DNA of 60,511 nucleotides, the filler included, from Streblomastix strix (lineage: Eukaryota): NCBI GenBank assembly GCA_008636045.1. It is 3 parts of 3 records of this genome, joined end to end, with 100 filler letters (N's around TTAATTAATTAA, not from the genome) between each part and the next. Parts side by side here need not be neighbours in the genome. Positions count along the whole stretch, not along the records: positions 20,225 to 40,340 come from SNRW01000457.1; positions 40,441 to 60,511 come from SNRW01000459.1; 1 more part is not named here. The stretch is one strand, 5' to 3'. Shown one piece after another: positions 27,601 through 40,499 of this stretch. The notes beneath the pieces were generated by a model. It made no database searches, was not told the DNA's origin, and saw only the letters and a list, made by a program, of their open reading frames with translations. Position 1 is the first letter of the stretch; each line of letters starts with the position of its first letter. The position numbers and the translations under genes were made by a program.

Positions 27601-29163
27601 CTGGTCTGTATGTTTAATCACATAACCCTGAATGAATGATTCATATATTATTGATAATAAATGATTCATATATTATTGATAACAAATGATTCATATATTA
27701 TTGATAATAAATAATAATAATTTGCATTTAAATAATAGTAAATAAATAATCATACATCCTATTGTTATAACTTCCTGTTCATAAGTAGGACCAAATTCTC
27801 CAGATACCAAATATGGTTATAATAATATAGAAGCTCCAAAAGATTCGCTCTAACTTGCAAATCTAACAGCAGATCCAACTGTTCCAATTGGACTTGATAT
27901 TGTTCCATTGTTGCTTCCATCAGATGTTACATTGCCACGTACAAACACATCTCTTCCAAGTCCTCTCAATATCCCATTTAAAGATGTTTATTCTGATTAT
28001 GAAGCGCCCTATACATATATCTTGTTCCCTGGATTTGTAGTACTTGTACTGTCTGATGTGCATCTTGAGAAGAATAGACTAATTTGACCACTGCTCTATC
28101 CTGATTATGTGAAATAAACATCAGCAGATGAAGTACCCAATATATTCTATCTAAATAAGCATTGAATGAATTGAAGTGTAGATGGTTAATTAGATATTAG
28201 TACAGATCCAACATTCAGTCCTCTATTCTATGAGAAGAGAGTCTAATTGAGGATTATTCCCTATTATACACCTGCATTGAATTTAATATATATTGCACCA
28301 GCCTGAGATTGAGATGAATTTTCCATTCCACATTAGTCAAATAGACATCTTTCTATTCTACATGGGTATAAAAGTACACCTTATAGATCAATATCTAATG
28401 CAGATGATGTTGAATTCTAGTTTTATGGCGCATTTGTTTTAATTTGTTAGAATACACATTCAGTGAATTATCCTCCATCAGCTTATTATGATATAATACA
28501 TCTAACAGCTGGTACTCTTGTGAATGTAGCACTTGATATTGTTGACTTAATAAGACGTATTATTCCACCTTCTCCAATAATGAATGGAGAGAGATTAGTT
28601 TCAGTAGTTCCTATCATTGATGATTAATACAATACAAATATTCCTTGTGGTCTAATTACTATAATTGCATTTGTATCTGATGATGTACCATAGCTAAGAA
28701 TGGTTATTCTTGTGAGATTGAGTGAAAATGAATTATGAACATCAAAGACAGTTACACCCCGAGAATTCTCATTTGTTATATTAGTCTTTTACACGCCTTA
28801 TCCTTAAACATGAACATTATCAACTGAAATAGAACAATAATCATAGTTATACAGTAATAAAATAATTAACAAACCTTGAATTACAATTCCACTCTCACTA
28901 AAGACTCCTACGCCAACATGAACATCCTTCTGCCGTCCATCTACAACCATTTATGAAATTGCTCGTCCAATTGTTCGGCAAGGTATCGCTTCTTTGATGT
29001 ATCCACAGTTTGATGTGTCTGTTCCTTCCTCATAAATAAAGTACGTGCTAGATGCGCGGTTAGATTATGTTGTGGCGTCAAAGCCCAACTGTTCATTGCT
29101 TGGAAATGATGTGGATATTCCAAAAATAGAACAAGCAAAAAATATAACTAGTCCAGTTAACAT
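24689..29163 (-). CDS. Large secreted/surface pectin-lyase-like (beta-helix) repeat protein
   Basis: Signal peptide MLTGLVIFFACSIFGISTS, motif EGTDTSNCG...PCRTIGRA, repeated F-x-x-C and GGA motifs, acidic stretch; two introns; TGA at 24689-24691. Confidence 0.75.
27636..27710. repeat. Intronic tandem repeat, 25-bp unit x3
   Basis: atgattcatatattattgataa(t/c)aa repeated three times. Confidence 0.9.
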
Positions 29164-29517
29164 ATTTCTTAATTAATAAATTAAATAAAATAGGAATAAT
29201 AATATCTTTAAATTAAAACTAATTATTAATTAAGAATGTGTATTTAGAGCAGCAAAAAACGAAAAATAAAAAATACATCTGGTCAAATGTGAATTTTTAA
29301 GATTTGTATGATTTTTATACAATAAGAAAAGATGACTTTTAATTTTGTAATACCAAACAAAATTAATAGTGCGCGTGTGAGGAGTTAGGATTTCTATTCC
29401 ATAGCCAGATTCGTGAAATTTCCAGATTGTTCGCGATTCTTTAAAACTTATTTATTTTGTTTGATATTAATATATACTTGTTTATTCAATTAACAATATA
29501 ATTAAATATGATGATAT

Positions 29518-30706
29518 TCAGATCCAAGAGTTTCCACCAATAGCTCCTCGAGGTTATGCCCCTTTCTAAAATCCATATCGTTCAGCGAATCCAATGATTA
29601 TGTTAGATACCTTCTCTGGTTCCTCCTCTTGGACATGATGGCCAGAATTCGGAATTATATTGAATTAGAATTTGCCTTACATCTGAGCAATCGACATTGG
29701 AGTGTCCAATCGATCAAGATCAGCTACACATAATACTTTAGGACATTTGACTGATAGAAAGTTACCACCAAGGCCACTATACCACCCTTTCCAATACGGT
29801 TTTGTTTATATAAGAGGAATTCTCCAAGTATATTTCTTAGATTGACCATCATCAATCTCTTTGAATAGAAATGGAGCTGATACTCTCAATGCTTATGGTT
29901 TCTTAACTAAATTAGATGCACTAATATTGGATTGTATATAATATACCAATAATGAATAAGAATAAATTATAATAATATATATTAAATATTATACGCCCAA
30001 ATACAGGCATTCTCAATAGTCTCAAATTAAGCTGGTCTCTGATTAAGAAGGTTTTCCATTCCAGGTAAGGAATCTAATGCAGTACCTTCTACAGCTTCAA
30101 TTAGTATAAGACCTTTAAGTTGAGATTGCTATTTAGAAAATATTATTTATTTTGTCCAATTAAATCGTTAATGTGACAAACTAATCTGTTTTATACAGCA
30201 ATCTGCACAGCAATCGCTCCGCCCATTGAGTGGCCAACTAAAATAATACCCTCATTGTGGGAAGGATATAGTTTATTAACTAAATGACAGTTAATGATCA
30301 TTGTTTATATATAAAAAATAAGCATACCAACACTAACTACATCTTCAGCGTGAGTTTCTAATGATTGATCCGTCTCGTCTTCAAAGTGTGTATCTCCTGT
30401 TGTGATTTGCAAACTAAAATATGGAAAAACGATAAAAAAAATATGCAGTACCGTGTCCACGGAGATCAATAGCAAGTACTTACAGCTTTTTCTTAATCAA
30501 ATTCTAAAAATAAAATAAGTTTTTTTTAATAACAGTTCTTAATGTGAGAATTATACCCCAAGTAAAGCCCAGCTAACAGCTGCTAACCCCACACCATGTA
30601 TGAGTACGCACACTGCGCCACCATTACCAGCCTTGTATGTTCGGAATATTCCACCACGAACCTCTACATCAACTTATTCGTCAAAGTAGTCTAGTGCGCT
30701 CTCCAT
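29518..30706 (-). CDS. PPME1: Protein phosphatase methylesterase 1 (PME-1)
   Basis: Alpha/beta hydrolase: CVLIHGVGLAAVSWA, AIDLRGHG, nucleophile VGHSMGGA, WKGWYSGL, DRLDTPMSIAQMQGKFQ, SGHHVQEEEP; multiple introns. Confidence 0.92.
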
Positions 30707-31401
30707 ATATCAATATATTATTCTGTAAATTAAATTTAGGTTAAATAAAATTTACGGAAAATTTTTAAAGATAAAAATAAGAATATAAATATAATTAAAA
30801 GAGAAATATCAATATTATTCTATTTCCACTTTTATTTAGATAGCTACTAATATATATTAATTTTAGGTAATTATATGTAAAATAATATCGTCATAAATAT
30901 AAAATAAGCTATTATTGGTAAAATAAAAATAATCTCGATTTTTTCAACGTTTTCGAGCCCCATTTAATATTAAAGCTGTAAATCAATTTTTATACCGACT
31001 TTTCAAACGTAATACATGATATTTAATAATTTTTAACCCTTTTCTACCTAAATTTTTATATTGTTAATTTTTATTCATGATTAATTGTTTATTTTCATTA
31101 ATTTTATTTTAATATTAATACATATAGACTTTACTAGTATATGATAATATAAAAATTATAAAATATCCTTTAACTATCCCAGGAAATATCCCTCAAAATT
31201 TTATTAATAAAACCTTACTGAAATTCTACCACAACACAAAATTAAATCATAAATTTTTTTTAAACTTGTATGAACTAAAACTCTTCGATTGATATTACTT
31301 CTTCATTATGTATTACTCCACAATTTGATTATTTCGAACTTTTTAATAGTACTTTTTTAACTAATTTATATCCACTTTACAAAATCAGATATTTAAATAA
31401 A

Positions 31402-32964
31402 ATGGGTCGATGTGAGAATTGTGGAAAGCCAGCTCAAGCATCTTTATGTTCTTCTTGTTTAAAACAATTAGAACGTTTAAGTACCATAGCGAAGAATATG
31501 AATAGTAATTCTCCTAAAAATAGGAAGATAAAGTCAGTGCGAGGTATGAAATACAAATATATTCTGAATTATTTTATTATTGCATTTATAACTTTAGATG
31601 ATGATGATGAATATGATCTACGTTCAGGTATTAATTGTAGGTGTTTCTACTGTAATCTCGAAGGAACATATCTAAGCTTAGGAAATCTAGAAGTATAATC
31701 ATCTTTATAATTAGTGTTTATATATACTTATTTATGATTCCTTTTTATACTGTTATAGCATTCATGTGGAAAGTTTGATCCATAATTTGCATTCAACTCT
31801 TAATAATTAATTGACATCTATTTATTCTGTATCAGTAAGTTCTTTGCATGTCCATGTCCAAAGTGTAGGAAGATTGGAAGTTGGGCCAGAAAAGGAGCTT
31901 TGAGATGCGTCTGTGGTCATTCAGTATATAATTGCTAATTATTACTAGTAATTATTTTAGTATTATTTATATTCTATTCTATTTAGTTTTATGGAGATAT
32001 ATGCCATTCATGTGGTGATGTATTTGTCTGTGATGAGGTTTGCATATTTAAATATGAATTTCGTTATTCAATTCATTTTTCTAATTATTATATATCAATT
32101 TATAATTGAATTTATAATTGAATTAATATCAGTCTCTCTTTCCTGGTGTATTTGTGCATGATAAATGTGGTACTTAATTCACAGCCATGGTTTGTCCATC
32201 ATGTAAAGAGATTGGTATGATTGCAATTTAAATAAATATATTATTAAAAAATAAATTTTTAATATAATATATTAAATTATTCATCATAAGGTCATTGGGA
32301 TGTATCAGGACGTATATTACACTGCAAATGTGGAGCAAGATTTTTTGCTACTTATTGTAGGTTAGAAAACAAATATTTAAATTCAGAACAGAAAAATCAT
32401 CATTTAATTTCTTATAAATATATTTTTACTATTTAATTTCTTATAAATATATTATTACTATTTAATTGATTAATATTTAATTCAGATGTGGGAAGTTTGC
32501 TTCATGGCCTGCAGAGGCAGTACCTGGTATATTAGTGCATGCATCATGTGGAGAATAATTCTATTGTGATGTCTGCCCATGTATGAATAGCAAATAAACA
32601 ATACTATATAATCTATACTATTATATATATAAATAAATTAAACTCATATAATTATTTATATTTTCATTCATTACTATATTACTATTATTGTTTTAACCAG
32701 GTGGCGATATTGTACTTTGGAATAAAGATGCGTTTCCAGGGATGTTGAGTCATAAAAATTGTGGTGCTAAATTCCTTGCTCTTGCTTGTCCATAGTATTA
32801 ATTATTCACTTTTTTATGATAATTTTATTTCTTATATTATATTATTTATTTATTTATTTATTTGTTTCAGTTGTCACAAGATCAGTCATTGGAATTCATT
32901 TGGGCATCTTCGTTGTTTGTGTGGAAAGCAATTCAAAGTAACTCCAGAACAAAGTCGTAAATGA
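31402..32964 (+). CDS. Cys/His-rich tandem zinc-finger-like repeat protein, unknown family
   Basis: Eight-exon model by eye; repeats such as CPKCRKIGSWARKGALRCVCGHSF, CPSCKEIGHWDVSGRILHCKCGARF and CHKISHWNSFGHLRCLCGKQF; TGA at 32962-32964. Confidence 0.8.
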
Positions 32965-33127
32965 TATTCACTTAACATTTATACTTTTTTATTTTGCATC
33001 TCATAAATATAAATCCACTTCCTTGTTAAAATTGAAATAAATAAATTTAATTAAAGTTATCAAATAGATATATTTTTATTAATATATTGATTTGAATGGT
33101 TAAACATGAAGTGAACTATTATATTGG

Positions 33128-36100
33128 TCAAGAGATTAGAATTGAGCTTCCTCCAAGTACCCATTAATCCTCAACACTGATTAATCCTTATCCATCTCCA
33201 GATTTATTCTGCAATTATTCAACAGGCAACTTCATTTGCATCAGAAGTCTTTCTCTTTATTCATTCATATATACAGGGAAATTAAAAGTCTCTTTTCCCT
33301 ACACAGTATCTTAAGAAGGAATAAATAGTTTAGCAGAATCAGATCCTTATATATTACTAGCTAAAGCCACTTATGGAATCCATGCAATCATAACATGTGT
33401 ATCTAACAAAGATATTGACGCTGATCCTGCATCTGTCCAACACACTGCATTATTCTTCCATTATCCACCTTATAATCTTAATTACTACAATCTACATGGT
33501 ACACAAGCACCCATCATCCAACCTCTGGGTATTCCATCACTCTTACCTGGACTAACAACATGAGTAATGAGATCTAATTCATCCATTGCACATCCTAAGT
33601 TACGAGCTGTCTATTGTCTAAGTGCATTGAGTAGCATCTCGGGTCTGAAGAGTAATCCCAAATCAATTGCATCTTTTAATACTTCAGAATATCCAGCTCT
33701 GATTGATTAATTCTTTTTCTTATTACCATCAGAAGATGAAAACTTACTATTAAACATTCCAAAGAATGGCTATTGTATATCAGAAACATTTTATGACACT
33801 CTTTACACTAATTTGAGTATATTTTAAGCTCTTTAAACAGCACCTCTTATAAATTAACTTGCTGATGATGGACCATTTTCCCATAATGGATCCCAAATAG
33901 AAGGAATTGAATCAACTGAAAGAGCTTCTGATACTTTTGAAGTGGTTGGAGTAAGAACTGATTATCCAGAAAGTAATGATTCAATCTCATTCATATCAGA
34001 TGCAATCTATGATAGAAGTGTTATACTATATCTGCATTCAATGCATATGAACAGATCCAATGGAGATATTTCATCTTTCCTTTATTCTATTACTTTTAAT
34101 GATTAAGGTGTCTTCAATAGGATAGAATTAGAAGCAAGAATACTGCAACTATTGGATGTAGTACTTTTTCCTCCATTAGCTTCATCCAATAACACCTTCC
34201 ACATTGTAACTATTGGAGTCAATCCAGCTCTCCATTATTCAATTCCTCCAATTGTATTTCCTTATTATTATATTCCTACACCCAATCTCTTGATTGATAT
34301 TATTATATCCTGTCCTTAAGCCATTTAATGAGTACCTTCTATATTTGGTGGGAGGCAGAATAATCCAGGAAAGTCAAGTTCAGGAAGTAATTGAAGTGAT
34401 TCAATGTATGGTTTGATCAATCTATTCTATAAAGGAATTTATGCCTATTATAAAGGCTCACACAGAATATTCAATGAGTTGGATGTAATTAGTCTATCAT
34501 TCAACCAGATACGCAGATATGCATTAAGTACCTTCCAGTCCATAGGATTGTCAATCCTTCCTCCATATACAGTATATGCAAATAAAGCTCTTATTGTCTC
34601 CCAAGGAACTTACATTCTCTTTCCTTAACTTCTGGACTTCCCAATTCCATCATCTGTCTTAGAAGCATAAACAGCAGCACTCAATTAATTGTCAACAATA
34701 TCAACTGCAGATCTCAAATCAGCTGATGAGAATTCATATGCTCTAATCCAGCCTTATGGAACATAAGTCCTTCTTTCCTATACAACAGCATGAAGCCATG
34801 CAAGTGCAAATAGTATCTTTGGTCTTTCTATACATTCAGAAGCTCTATTTGTATTATCATTATTCTTCTATATTGAATCAATATTCTTATTCTGTCCTTC
34901 AAATCTTCCATCTTCTCTCCAGGAATCAAAAGTCCTTGCAAGATTCTTCTTAACTCCAGGTGGTGCTTCATATGATATCTTCAAACAAGATCTGAGTAAC
35001 ACATTTGGAAAATGATCTTATGCTTCACTTGTCATAAATAATCTGAATTTACTATTAAATCCATTCTCACCAATTGATGCCAAAAGCTTCTCCAATTCAT
35101 TCAGCCAAGATGGCATCAAATGAACATTCTTCAAACACACCCATTATTCTTAATTTACAAATTATCTCACTATTTATAAAGCAATCTCTCCTTATCCTTA
35201 ACCCATTGCAACTGAACTGTATTTATCAGATCCAACTGTTCTCTTTGCTGCTTCTTCTAATTCAACTGTTGGATCAATACCTGGAGTAACTACTAATAAT
35301 ATTGGTTATGATGGGAGACATTCTTTTTATGCAACATCTGGAAGTGAGAATGGAGGTGGATCCAATGAAGGGAGATTAAGTGCAGTTGTAACAAAGGATA
35401 ATAATGAAGATACAAGTCTATCTGGTCTGCATGCTTATATTAGAAGCACTCTTTAGAAGTGAGTAAGTCCACTTTATTATTATTTCTATATCTTCTATCC
35501 ATTTCCAATCTATTCTTACCTCGCCTTGGAAATGGCTTCTTCCATGGGAGATATAATTTATGGTGGATTTTGTATTGGGAATTCAGATTCACATTGTGAT
35601 GATTTAATCCAATTTGTCCATTTTTATGCTAATTCTTATTTATTCCATCCAGCATTATTACTCAAATCTTTAACTGATCCCATTAATTGAGCCATTTATT
35701 TCTTATATTCAATTCCAACCCATTAAGGTACTTCAGATTAATTAGCAGATATTGATGTAGATCTTCCCAATAATAAATCCCATTCATTCATTCCAAATGC
35801 AGATGGACATAATACATGCACTAAATGAAGACCAAATGCTAATCTATCCTATTTAAACATTCCTCTTGTTACAGTCACAACAGTTGTATGCAGAAGAAGC
35901 TTTCCCATATTCTTCATTCTGATTTCAATTTCTTTGGATTTCTCTCCTTATTTTAATACTCTTATGAATATATTCAGAAATGAAGATAATGAGAATTAAT
36001 ACATATGATTCAGTCCAGATATTGTCTCTAATTGGAAATAGATATCAGCTCCTAATAATGCTAATGGTTTATAAGCTTCTCTTTTGTTCTATAATTCGTT

Positions 36101-39100
36101 CTATAATTTAGATGATTCTTTCAATGCTTCATTTATATTGTTGGATTTTCTTTTTGTTTCATTAAGAGAGCTGATCAATGCTTTATCCTCTAATATTGCA
36201 TCTGCTTCACTTCTTCCCAATTAATTTAATAATTATTTCTCTAATTAAGACAATTCAATTCTCAGACTCTCTTCTTTAGACAGTAATTCAGATCTCTGTT
36301 ATTCCAATGTTGGCATCTCAGCTTGTATAGTCATTGATAGTAACTATGCTTCTAATCCAGCTCTTGTTACTGTGAATGAAATAACTGAAACAACTCCTCT
36401 GGAATCTGGACCAAGACTTGGTTGTGGGTTTCGAGTGATGAGGAATAAAGCAAACTTTTCATCAACTTCAACCAGCTTCTCTCCAATTGTCACAACTAAT
36501 CTGTTTCCTTATTTAATTAGTTCATTTCTTAGTATTGGAAATAGGACTGGCTCTATTGTATCTACTTCTTATACAATTAATACTTTACCCCATTTAACAG
36601 CTAATTCCAATTTTTAAAGGAATTTGAGATCATTCTATTGGATAATATCAATGGAAATATCTGCTTTCTTATTCTTTTTGTTTGATTTATTCCCAATTAG
36701 TTCATTATTATCATTTCCTTATTATTTCTCTTATTTTAAATGTGATATAAGCCATGATGTTATTTAAGAAGATGGATCTATTATGAATGGAACTGCATAT
36801 GGGGATAATTAGTTTTATTCATTTAATTAATCCTATTCTTATTTATTCTTTTATTTTATTTATTTATTTTTATCTTCATTATCTTATTCTTATTCTTATT
36901 CTTCATTTTATTATTATTACTATTATGATTATTGATTTTCTCTTTTTGCATATTCAGATCTTTATTATTATACTTTCCAAGCTGTTTCAATCATTATTGC
37001 ATTTTCTATTGAAAGTTCATCTGAAGGCAATCCTTCAGACTTCCAAATTAATCTATCTGATTCAGTTGACATAAATTATAAATAGTTGAATAATTATTAG
37101 TAATTAATACTTATATTTTATTTATTTTGCAGTTCCTTCTTCTAATCTGTGAAATCTATATATTGATTAATCCACTTCTACAACTCAGTTTGTCTTCTGT
37201 CTTCTGTTTCATCACTCAGATATATATGAAATGCAGATGACAGAAGTGATTATAATGGCAATCTGGCTAATTCAGCATTCATTTATTGTATTTATTCTTC
37301 CCATCTTTATTTCTCATCACTCAACTAACCAAGTAATTTTGATGCTTATTCTCTCTTGTTATTCATTTCAGACAATCTAACTTGCAGAACTGCAGCTGCA
37401 TTCATTTTCTCATTTAATTCAGTTTATAATCTTTTATTCTCAACTTCAAATGATTCCAAAGATTTCCTCACAATAACCAATCTCTTCTGAGCTTCTTCTT
37501 TCCTTATTTCAATTTCTTTGGATCTTTATTCTAATGGAGAAACTCTCTTTAATACATCAAAGAACTTCACTCCAGCTGTAACCCATTCAGACATTGGTCC
37601 TACAGCTTTAGACACTGAATATGCTTTCTTCTTCTCAAAATGCTCCTGATTCTATTAAATCAACTTCTCAACTTTCTTTTTAGTCTATTCATTCATATCT
37701 CTGAAGTCATACTAAGATATCCTTGTAACTGCACTCGGTTACTTGAGGAAGCTCTTCATCACAGCAAAATCTGTTGTTTCAGTTCCAAGGACACACAATA
37801 CAGCTCCAAGTATCACAATTATTGTTTATTATGGATTTGTATATGATGTAAGTTCATTTAAATCAGCTTTATTGATGTTTCCAACTGCTTTTGCAGCAGC
37901 ATCAAGTTGAGGTTGTACATCTTTCATCTCTTCTTTTATTTCATTTTATTATACTTTTATTTCTTCTTATTATTTCTTAAGTTCTTTTTCAATTGTTTCT
38001 GCTTCTGTTCTTTAGTCTTTAACTTCCAATACTTTCATTTATATCTTCGACATGATTGATGAACATTCTAATTATTTCCCTTCCACTTCTTTTCCTTATA
38101 TTTCAGCTTCCTTTGAAAGTACATCAACAGTCTCATTGGCTGATCTTAGTTTCTCAACTCCAACTGCAAAGTGATTATGAGATCCTTTTCTTATTTATAT
38201 TCTTTCATTATATATCTCTTCAAAAGACTATAATAATCTAATAAAATCTCTTGGACACGCTTAATTCATACTTTAATTATTTTATTACTATTGGTTATTT
38301 CTTTGTGATTTTAATTAATGTATTTTAATGGCTAAATTAATCAATGATTAAGGAGTAGGAATTGGAAGTTAATTCACTCTATCATTCACAATAATTTAAC
38401 TTTATTATTATTACTATTATTATTTATTTTATTATATATTAACTTGAATTGTCTTAAATAAAGGAGAAAGAATAGATTATGCAACAGAATGAAGTGATTC
38501 TTTATTCCATTCACCCAACCATAATATATATGCTCTTGTATATAGTGATGGATGTGATTACAATCTTTATTCAAAGTATTATGATGTATAATCCAAAGAT
38601 ATAATAATATGCATATTTCTTTTAAGTCTTTATTTCATTAATTCTTCCATTCTTCCTTATGGATCTGAATATGATAATGTGATAAATGCTTTCTGCAATG
38701 GATAAGATGATTGATCTTGTTTTATTAATTATAATAATTTCTTACCTTAATTAACTTCTTCTTCAATTTATTCTTTCAATTACTCTTTTAATTATTCAAT
38801 ATCATCTTAACTTAAAATACTTTATATATCTGAACTTTGAATAAGAGTTGTTATTAGATCAAATAATAGAGACCCCTGATTACCAGCTGATATATGGCAG
38901 TCTTCTACAAATACAACCACTCCTTCATTCTCAACTACTGCTATCTATATTACTTATTTGAAGAATTGTCTCATTTATTTAATATCAAACCATTTCCCAA
39001 CAGTTGGAGTCATTACTCTCAATCCATGTGAATGAGACACTAACTGAAGCAGAGTCCTTCTTCCAACTCCACATTTACCAACTAATACTATTCCTTGCCC

Positions 39101-40340
39101 AGGCCAAGCTAATAATCTGTCTATCTTTGCATAGTTATCAATAAATTCATTGAATAAAATAATATTGATATCTCTAACAGCAGACTCATATCTTTATATC
39201 TACCTTTGAATGTATTTATTATTTTGATCCAGACCTGTAATACCCATTGTTATTCTCTTATGAACTTGTGAGGGTGGTTGACCTCCTTAATACCAAGATG
39301 CAAAATATAATGATGACTATATTGAAAGAGAATTATTTGATTGTTATATTCCACTAGTTATAAAAGAATTATTAATTATTGAATTAACTGTGTTCCATAT
39401 GTTCAATTTACTGAAGTATTGTTATGAAACTTAAATTAATAGTTTATCAAATTTAATTATATCTGATTCTTTCTGTACTTTATTATCTAATCTATCTCTA
39501 AATATTCTTATTGATTCATAAACCCAAGAAAGTAGTATACCAATTGTATCTTAATCATCAGGAGAAGCATTTAGAGTCTTTTAATCTAAATTAGCTTCTT
39601 TAATAATAAATTAATTATTTATATCATATCTACTCATCCCAATAACCCATCTTGTTAGATCCCGTGGAGTAAAGCAATAATGAGTATGCTGCTATAATGT
39701 GAATGATCTTTATATCTTTAAATAAAAATCAATCATTGCACTTGAAATAACATTTGAATTAAGCTACTTGTGTTTAAGATGCTTAATTGAAGCTTCTATA
39801 AATTAAGTATATACTAATTAAAGGGATCTTTCCAATGGGTGTGGTATTGATACAACTCTGACATTGGCTATAAATCTTGGAGAAAGAATTGATTCTAATG
39901 AGTTTGATTTAAGATTTGATTAATTTCTTTCATTATTCTAATTATTATCTTGTATTTAATCTTATGATACAATGGTTGCTATGATTTAAATACCTTCTAC
40001 AATTGTCCATTCTAAATCAATATCATAAAATCCACCATATGTTATTAATTAATGAATAAATGCAACTGCTTCAACCGTATCATATTTATCAGCTCTTGGC
40101 AATTGAAGATCTGATAAAAATAAGATTAATTTATTACCATGTTTTGGTCTTAATGTTCTTCCATGTGCAGATGAAAGAATCATTGAGTGTTATTTCAGAG
40201 AGTCAGCTAATATAGATGCAGATGTTTAAGTTGAACAGTTAACTTCAGCAATTTCTGAATTAACTTGTTTCTTTAATGCATCTCTCAAAAGCATATGTTT
40301 ACCAGCTCCTTCGGGTCCAACTAACAAGAAATGTTCTCCT
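33128..40340 (-). CDS. DYNC2H1: Cytoplasmic dynein-2 (retrograde IFT) heavy chain, 3' part from AAA3 to the C-terminus
   Basis: FLLVGPEGAGKHMLL (AAA3), GRTLRPKHG...DLQLPRADKYDT...LITYGGFYDIDLEW, FTPRDLTRW, AAA4 LVGKCGVGRR, stalk coiled coil, FTVTRAGLE, YGGRIDN; the span equals 2404 codons in one frame. Confidence 0.92.
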
Positions 40341-40440
40341 NNNNNNNNNNNNNNNNNNNNNNNNNNNNNNNNNNNNNNNNNNNNTTAATTAATTAANNNN
40401 NNNNNNNNNNNNNNNNNNNNNNNNNNNNNNNNNNNNNNNN
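40341..40440. other. Artificial contig-concatenation spacer
   Basis: 44 N + TTAATTAATTAA + 44 N, identical to 20125-20224. Confidence 0.97.
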
Positions 40441-40499
40441 TTACGATTAACTATATCCACTATTGTTTTTCGGTTATTTTTAAGTTTTAATTCCATAGG

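Noticed and set aside
27636..27710. Short direct repeats as a CRISPR array (also 15540-15835 and 42612-42729)
   Set aside because: Head-to-tail or only two units, no series of unique spacers, eukaryotic context and no cas genes
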